The translations under genes and the position numbers were made by a program. DNA of 64,000 nucleotides. Source: Candidatus Magasanikbacteria bacterium UBA922. Lineage in GTDB: Bacteria > Patescibacteriota > Patescibacteriia > Magasanikbacterales > UBA922. Location: the NCBI GenBank assembly GCA_002293825.1, contig DBDW01000008.1, positions 9,430-73,429 on the forward strand, in the 5' to 3' direction. Each line of letters begins with the position of its first letter. Position 1 is the stretch's first letter. Positions 58,669 through 64,000 of the stretch are shown here, piece after piece. The notes beneath the pieces were generated by a model, which saw only the letters and a program-made list of their open reading frames with translations, did no database searches and was not told the origin of the DNA.

Positions 58669-59757
58669 TTACGCAATAACTCCCCCACCGAGACATTCAC
58701 CATCTTTATAAAGTACCGCAAACTGACCCGGACTAATCGCTCGTTGAGGATTTTCACAAATGATAGTGATATTTCGAGGATCAGACACCTGTATCGTGCA
58801 TGTTTCAAGTTTCTGACGATGACGAAAACGTACCAGACAATCAAATGAAGATTTCAATGGTCGACCAGCAATCCAATTCATTTCACAAATTTCTATTCTT
58901 GTAGTAAAAAGCATCGGATCGGTATCATATCCTACGACAAGCTCATTCTTCTCCACATCTTTACCCACCACATAGAGCGGACGTTTTCCTCCTGTCTGTT
59001 CAAAACCATGGCGCTGACCAATCGTGTAAAATGGCAATCCTTCATGCTCGCCAATTTTTTCCCCTTTTGAATTTTTTACCATACCCCTTCTTCCTCTAAT
59101 ACGTTTTTCCAAAAAACTTTTTATCGGTACTTCACCAATAAAACAGATTCCCATACTTTCTTCCTTATTGGCAGTAGGTAGGTCAAATTTTTTTGCAAGT
59201 TTTCTCACTTCAGATTTTGTATATTTTCCAATTGGAAACATTGCATGAGAAAGTTGTTCTTGATTGAGTTGGTGCAAAAAATAAGTCTGATCTTTGTCAG
59301 TATCAACTGATTCAAGCAAACGATAGAGGCCTCTTTTTTTCTCTACCTGTGCATAGTGTCCTGTCGCGAGAATGTCAAATCCTTTCTGTTTTGCGACCTC
59401 AAGCCAGGCACCATATTTAATAAGACTATTGCACAAGATATCAGGATTTGGTGTGCGTCCTGCTTCGTATTCTCGATATACATATTCCAATACTTTTTCC
59501 TGATACTCTTTTCTAAAATCTAATTGTAATAGCGGAATATCTAAACGTGCTGCCACCCGAAGTGCATCACGATATTCTGGAATCCAGCACGATTCACCAT
59601 CAGTCGTGATTGCTTCATCTGCAGTATCATAATTGATCATGAACGCACCTGTAACGTCATATCCCTGACGTACCAAAAGAGCGGCAGCAACTGATGAGTC
59701 GACACCGCCGGACATAGTCATGAGAATTTTGGATTTTGTTGTATTTCTAAACCACAT
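58669..59757 (-). CDS. mnmA: tRNA-specific 2-thiouridylase
   Basis: PP-loop SGGVDSS, and the catalytic Cys and C-terminal domains are conserved. The start is probably near MWFRNTT/MTMSGG. Confidence 0.9.
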   Translation of the reverse strand: MWFRNTTKSKILMTMSGGVDSSVAAALLVRQGYDVTGAFMINYDTADEAITTDGESCWIPEYRDALRVAARLDIPLLQLDFRKEYQEKVLEYVYREYEAGRTPNPDILCNSLIKYGAWLEVAKQKGFDILATGHYAQVEKKRGLYRLLESVDTDKDQTYFLHQLNQEQLSHAMFPIGKYTKSEVRKLAKKFDLPTANKEESMGICFIGEVPIKSFLEKRIRGRRGMVKNSKGEKIGEHEGLPFYTIGQRHGFEQTGGKRPLYVVGKDVEKNELVVGYDTDPMLFTTRIEICEMNWIAGRPLKSSFDCLVRFRHRQKLETCTIQVSDPRNITIICENPQRAISPGQFAVLYKDGECLGGGVIA

Positions 59758-59758
59758 A

Positions 59759-60205
59759 TTATAATCGTGCAGAACCTCCCATATTTTGTCCCTCTCCCCT
59801 CTGTCGTTCCATTTCACGTTCATGCTCCTCCCTTCGCATCTCGGTTACCAATTCTACAGCCCAATCTCCAATAACCTCTCTTTGGTGAAATTGTTCTACT
59901 GGACCCACAAACAATCCTCCTTCTGGAATTTCATCCGTTCCATACTCCTTGAATAAGTATCGATTGGCAATTGTAAGATCTGAAATAAGTGCATTATGTT
60001 TAATCGTTCGAAGCTTATCAGCATTTGCAAACTTATCTTGAAAATCATACGATCCTTGATGAATTGCGAGTATCCTTTCTGTACGCTCAATCTGACGAAT
60101 ATAATCAGTCGCTTTGACAAGGACATTTTCAATTAATTTTAATGCTTGAGGATCTGAAGTCACTTTGTCCTTTATTTCACGTATACGATCCGTATATTTA
60201 CCCAT
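59759..60205 (-). CDS. hypothetical protein
   Basis: A 148-aa ORF directly upstream of mnmA with no motif recognised. Confidence 0.4.
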   Translation of the reverse strand: MGKYTDRIREIKDKVTSDPQALKLIENVLVKATDYIRQIERTERILAIHQGSYDFQDKFANADKLRTIKHNALISDLTIANRYLFKEYGTDEIPEGGLFVGPVEQFHQREVIGDWAVELVTEMRREEHEREMERQRGEGQNMGGSARL

Positions 60206-60267
60206 ATTCTTGACTTATTAGTAAAAATGTGTAACAATAGGCCGTTCCCCGAAAAGGAGAAGGGAAC

Positions 60268-60582
60268 ATGAAGACTTTGCTAGAAGCCTATCAAAAAGCA
60301 GTCCTTCACGCCAGAGACAAAGATACACTGTTCACGCTCCTCGAACAATTCGAGGATGCAATAGCAGCGATTCTTACACATCTGGACGCGAGGGGTTCTG
60401 CCCATCTTGTCAACAAGGAGGTGAACAATGTGACAGAACTTTCTCACTCTGTCACAGAAGCAAAAAAACTACTTGCAAAACTTCCGATCGAGGGACTTGT
60501 CCTCGATTTTGTCTCCGATGAGGAGATGGTGAGTTTTGCAATCGAACTGGGATATACTCGCACTTTGTCACGTGCGAGATAA
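60268..60582 (+). CDS. hypothetical 104-aa protein (possible cassette G)
   Basis: Strong SD (AAAGGAGAAGGG), moderately GC-enriched. Followed by terminator ACTCGTGG...CCACGAGT-CTTTCTTTTT at 60585..60628. Confidence 0.45.
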   Translation: MKTLLEAYQKAVLHARDKDTLFTLLEQFEDAIAAILTHLDARGSAHLVNKEVNNVTELSHSVTEAKKLLAKLPIEGLVLDFVSDEEMVSFAIELGYTRTLSRAR

Positions 60583-60635
60583 TAAACTCGTGGTCTACTC
60601 TATGTGGCCACGAGTCTTTCTTTTTATATAAAACT

Positions 60636-61091
60636 TTATTTTTTCTTCAGACCTGCATCACCAAACGTATACGTCCGATCGTATTCAAATCCTGCATAGG
60701 CAGTCGTACCGAGTACCACCACGGTGAGTGCATAAAACTTCCAATCACGAATCATTTCGTACAGCAACGAGACAACTTCGTCTAGTGAAAGTCCCAAAAA
60801 AAGCATTCCGATATCAAATACATAAAACACTACCAAGGTGTATATCCCCAAAAATACTCCTCGACTAAACGAAGGTTGAAATTTTCTGAAGTACCATTTT
60901 GAGAGCATTAAAATCAACGGAATCGTGAGTACTAAATATATAACGTGCACAAACACAGGAATCTGATCAGGTGCGGTGCCAATTGTTACCCCACACGCAA
61001 AAAGTACTGTAGCAAACAATATAAATGTAGCGATATACAGGATGACCGCAAACGCAAATGCTCTCAAAACATTTACAGATTTCATATACAA
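60636..61091 (-). CDS. hypothetical membrane protein
   Basis: 151 aa with 4 TM helices. Confidence 0.4.
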   Translation of the reverse strand: MYMKSVNVLRAFAFAVILYIATFILFATVLFACGVTIGTAPDQIPVFVHVIYLVLTIPLILMLSKWYFRKFQPSFSRGVFLGIYTLVVFYVFDIGMLFLGLSLDEVVSLLYEMIRDWKFYALTVVVLGTTAYAGFEYDRTYTFGDAGLKKK

Positions 61092-61101
61092 GTATTAAAA
61101 A

Positions 61102-63087
61102 TTACGTAAGATCGTCAAAAGAAATTTCCTCATCTTCAAGTAAATCTTTTGGTGCTCGATCAATTGAAGGCGGAACACTCTTCGTCGACGGTGGAGTCAC
61201 TATCGGCGCATCGTTTGTTTTTTCTGCAACAACGGGAGGTGTCTGTGTTTGTGTCTGGAGATCTGCAAACGCAGTCGCAAACGGACGGTGCGATTGTGAT
61301 CCCGCTGGTTGAGCAGGTGTGTGAGAAATCACTCCTTCCCCACCCCCATTTCTCTTCTTGCGTTTTCGTCTACGTTTGCGCTTTCCTTCACCTGGCAATG
61401 ATAATTCAGACGTCCCCGCAGGCACACTCTGACTCACGACGTGCGGTACGCTAGAACGTGGAGATGTACTCGTATTCATCCGCGGTTGCTCAGCACGCTG
61501 GTCTTGATTCCGCGATGTCACCGCTGGTTCTCCCGCAGGCATTGTTTTTTCGACGACACGCTGAGCTGATTCAGCAACATTTTTTTGATGTTGCTCAAAC
61601 CGTTTCTGATTTTGTGATTTTGGTTCATCATTCTTTTTCTTCTGATCAAACACCACTCTACGATCTTCTTTTCTCACAGGAGCATTATTCATCTGCGTAC
61701 GCTGAGTAGTATTTTGAACTGGTGCAGATGATGTACTACGTACCCCTTCAATTCCCTGATCTTCCTCATCATTCGTAGATTGGCTCCATCGTGAAATTTT
61801 TTCCTCGACAACCTCTTTCTTTCGTCCATATCGTTCTTGTGACACACGCACCACTTTTTCCGATGATTTGGTAGAGCTTGCGAGTGGTGGTAGTGTCGCA
61901 GCGCTAAACGGCTGTGACGCAACACCGTCGATCATGAGTTTCAAAATAATCTGATATTTTGTCAGATTTACAATATCTTCTTCGGTAAATGTAGGAGTAA
62001 ATTCTTTGACAAGCATTTCAGCATCAGCACCACCAACACGGAAGGTGACAATCGTTCCTACGTTTCCAAATACTGCATTTGCAACCACTTCATCCAACTG
62101 TGCAACATATTGATGAGCCATAATCAGACTCAGCCGATATTTTCGAGCCTCAGACAAAATATTTGCAAATGACGGAGTTGCAAAATTCTGAAACTCATCA
62201 ACATAGAGGAAGAAATCTTTTCGATCGTTTTCTGGCGTATCGACACGTTCCATTGCAGCAAGTTGTAATTTGGTAATCAACATTCCCCCAAGCAATCGAC
62301 TATTATCTTCCCCGATACGTCCTTTTGATAAATTCATGATAAAAATTTTTCTCGTATCCATTATCTCACGCACATTGATCGTAGATTTCACCTGCGCCAC
62401 CATGTTTCTGATAATTGAAGCCGACAAAAATTGTCCGATTTTATTCTGAATTGGGGCTACTGCTTCTTTTGCATAGCGATCATCATAATTTGCAAATTCA
62501 TCACGCCAAAAGGCTTTAATTACTGGATCTTTGAGGTGGCGCACGACACGCTTACGATATTCCTTATCTGAAAGCAGACGATTGACACCGAGCAAAGTGG
62601 ATCCTGGATAGTCTAGAAGTGCGAGAAGTGTATTATTCAATATATATTCCATACGCGAACTCCACACATCAGGCCAAATCTTCTTGAACGTTCCCATGAG
62701 TCCGGCTGCGACTAGATGTTTCTGCTCTTCAGTTTTTACTTCAAGAATATTAAATCCAATCGGATTTTCCACATCGGCAGGATTGAGATATACCACATCA
62801 TTCAGACGCCATGACGGAATATGATCAATAATCTTTTCTGCAAAATCTCCATGTGGATCGACGAGCCCCACTCCATGTCCTGCATAAATATCCGACAACA
62901 CCATGTTTTCCATGATAGTGGTTTTTCCCATTCCTGTCTTCCCGATCACGTACATGTGACGTCTACGGTCATCTGTTTTAATTCCAAAACGCCGTACCTG
63001 ATTACGGAAATTGGTCTGTGCAAAAACACAGATATCTTGGGAAACTTTTGGAGCCTGACCTTTACTCGTGAGCTGTGGACTGGGCAT
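61102..63087 (-). CDS. VirD4/TraG/TraD-like coupling-protein family ATPase with a long low-complexity C-terminal tail
   Basis: HMYVIGKTGMGKTT Walker A, YVDEFQNF, and LIMAHQYVAQL. A paralog of the ORF at 1..2167. The last roughly 250 aa are Q/P/E/K/R-rich. Confidence 0.7.
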   Translation of the reverse strand: MPSPQLTSKGQAPKVSQDICVFAQTNFRNQVRRFGIKTDDRRRHMYVIGKTGMGKTTIMENMVLSDIYAGHGVGLVDPHGDFAEKIIDHIPSWRLNDVVYLNPADVENPIGFNILEVKTEEQKHLVAAGLMGTFKKIWPDVWSSRMEYILNNTLLALLDYPGSTLLGVNRLLSDKEYRKRVVRHLKDPVIKAFWRDEFANYDDRYAKEAVAPIQNKIGQFLSASIIRNMVAQVKSTINVREIMDTRKIFIMNLSKGRIGEDNSRLLGGMLITKLQLAAMERVDTPENDRKDFFLYVDEFQNFATPSFANILSEARKYRLSLIMAHQYVAQLDEVVANAVFGNVGTIVTFRVGGADAEMLVKEFTPTFTEEDIVNLTKYQIILKLMIDGVASQPFSAATLPPLASSTKSSEKVVRVSQERYGRKKEVVEEKISRWSQSTNDEEDQGIEGVRSTSSAPVQNTTQRTQMNNAPVRKEDRRVVFDQKKKNDEPKSQNQKRFEQHQKNVAESAQRVVEKTMPAGEPAVTSRNQDQRAEQPRMNTSTSPRSSVPHVVSQSVPAGTSELSLPGEGKRKRRRKRKKRNGGGEGVISHTPAQPAGSQSHRPFATAFADLQTQTQTPPVVAEKTNDAPIVTPPSTKSVPPSIDRAPKDLLEDEEISFDDLT

Positions 63088-63176
63088 GGTAATAAATTAA
63101 TATATGTGGTGAAAACCGGTACTATCACCTCTTCTAGAATACTAGTATAGCATACTACACATACTCTCCTCTACAA

Positions 63177-64000
63177 CTAGGTACGTATATATTCAAAAAC
63201 TTTCAGTATTTCTTCTTTCTGCGCAACTTTAAGTGTCTCATGCATCCGTCGGGCAATCGAATGTCTACTCTGCTCATCTGCCAATAATTCACGTATTTTT
63301 TTTGCCACATATAAGCCATCAGCAGTGAGTTCATTTACCACAAGCGCGGCACCTTTGTCCTCCAATAAACGCACATTTTCCACCTGATGTCCTGGTTTTG
63401 GAATAATGATACAGGGTTTTTTCAGCGCAGCCCCTTCGGTAAGTGTCCCAAAACCTCCTCGACATACAATAACATCAGCTACCGCATATGCATCTTTCAT
63501 TTCAGCGTCCAAAAATTGATATAAATGGTAATGAGAAAACAATTCGCTCGCTCGAGTGACTATTTCTTGTGGACGTTCACGGCCAGAAAGATGGATCACT
63601 TCGGCATGTGTTTTGAGATGTGGTATTGCTTCGACAATTAATTGATTTACCTTCAAAGACCCTGTCCCACCGCCCAATGCAAGCACTACCGGCACGGTAC
63701 CGGTAAGCCCAAATATTTTTTGCGCACGCTTTTTATCTCCTTGTAAAATTTCACTACGCACAGGATTACCGAGCCACATCGTTTTTCGTTTTGGAAATTC
63801 TGATACCAATTCTTTGAGCGACGTGGTAATCACCCGCGCACCAGGAACCATAAGCTTGTTTGCAAACCCTACTTCTACATCCTGCTGATGTATCCACGTA
63901 GGTATTCCGAGTAGCCATGCTGCGAAATGGACTGGTACCGATACAAACCCTCCTGCTGAAATACAGACATCTGGATACTCTTTCCACAATATCCTCAGTG
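63177..64000 (-). CDS. murG: UDP-N-acetylglucosamine--N-acetylmuramyl-(pentapeptide) pyrophosphoryl-undecaprenol GlcNAc transferase. The start lies beyond the window.
   Basis: MurG C-terminal domain motifs (LALGGGTGS, ...CRGGFGTLTEGAALKKPCIIIP). The frame continues to the window edge. Confidence 0.75.
   Translation of the reverse strand, partial: LRILWKEYPDVCISAGGFVSVPVHFAAWLLGIPTWIHQQDVEVGFANKLMVPGARVITTSLKELVSEFPKRKTMWLGNPVRSEILQGDKKRAQKIFGLTGTVPVVLALGGGTGSLKVNQLIVEAIPHLKTHAEVIHLSGRERPQEIVTRASELFSHYHLYQFLDAEMKDAYAVADVIVCRGGFGTLTEGAALKKPCIIIPKPGHQVENVRLLEDKGAALVVNELTADGLYVAKKIRELLADEQSRHSIARRMHETLKVAQKEEILKVFEYIRT

Noticed and set aside
1-64000. CRISPR array or cas genes
   Set aside because: No regularly spaced short direct repeats and no Cas-like ORFs anywhere in the window.
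1-64000. Alternative genetic code (UGA = Gly, code 25)
   Set aside because: Long ORFs such as the 952- and 900-aa proteins and the ribosomal proteins terminate properly and are not interrupted by TGA. Code 11 fits.

Overview
Best reading: a 64 kb, roughly 40 % GC chromosomal segment from a small-genome, host-associated bacterium (possibly a Patescibacteria/CPR-like lineage; tentative), interrupted by several small, foreign-looking GC-rich cassettes. The lineage call rests on a 240-aa RpoA with only the N-terminal domain, a short 674-aa AlaRS, weak Shine-Dalgarno usage on core genes, two VirD4/TraG-like coupling ATPases and very large surface proteins. The genetic code looks standard: long ORFs are not interrupted by TGA.

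Core content:
- dnaX, rhodanese, SWIB protein, cyclophilin lipoprotein, MerR/TipAS regulator, Wzy-like ligase, a CaCA antiporter, folD, dus.
- Two ECF sigma / anti-sigma modules, HAD hydrolase, greA, an LCP protein, a CPA2 antiporter with RCK domain, a CNNM (DUF21-CBS) protein, a MacB-like ABC pair, ftsEX, gpsA, pyrD.
- A parvulin PPIase, an FtsB-like protein, a GT4 glycosyltransferase, a Wzx/MOP flippase.
- The ribosomal cluster rpsI-rplM-rplQ-rpoA-rpsD-rpsK-rpsM-rpmJ-infA, a GtrA-like protein, an mntR-troABC metal-uptake operon with a 20-bp palindromic operator, a guaC-like gene, alaS, mnmA and a partial murG.
- Four tRNAs on the minus strand: Gln-CTG, Gln-TTG, Thr-CGT and Gly-CCC.

Most interesting:
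1. A cobalamin-scavenging neighbourhood. A compact cobalamin-type riboswitch with its own attenuator sits upstream of a DUF4430 (transcobalamin beta-domain-like) protein. A 900-aa surface-anchored transcobalamin-like protein and a small ECF-S/BtuM-like membrane protein follow.
2. A second, paralogous riboswitch-like element on the opposite strand. It shares the segments CUGUGCCGCAACGGUA and CCCGAGCAGGAAC with the first and controls a GC-rich, strong-SD gene for a 116-aa Tat/lipoprotein-signal protein of unknown function.
3. At least six short GC-rich, GC3-skewed cassettes scattered among AT-rich core genes, at 11.4, 14.1-15.0, 21.5, 26.7-27.5, 53.8-54.7 and 58.3-58.6 kb, with a weaker seventh at 60.3 kb.
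   - Each carries a consensus-like TTGACA promoter and a strong AGGAG Shine-Dalgarno.
   - Each ends in a long perfect-stem hairpin without a U-tract.
   - Their small proteins have no recognisable homologues, except one 2H-phosphoesterase.
   - One cassette is flanked by 30-bp direct repeats that duplicate a terminator, an insertion signature.
   - The composition suggests acquisition from a high-GC donor, possibly an actinobacterial host.
4. Two near-identical tRNA-Gln genes 30 kb apart (71 nt, CTG and TTG anticodons). Each has a small GIY-YIG nuclease ORF whose last five codons (HSGIV-stop) lie inside the 5' end of the tRNA. The second GIY-YIG copy has lost its N-terminus.

No CRISPR array, integrase, transposase or reverse transcriptase was seen.
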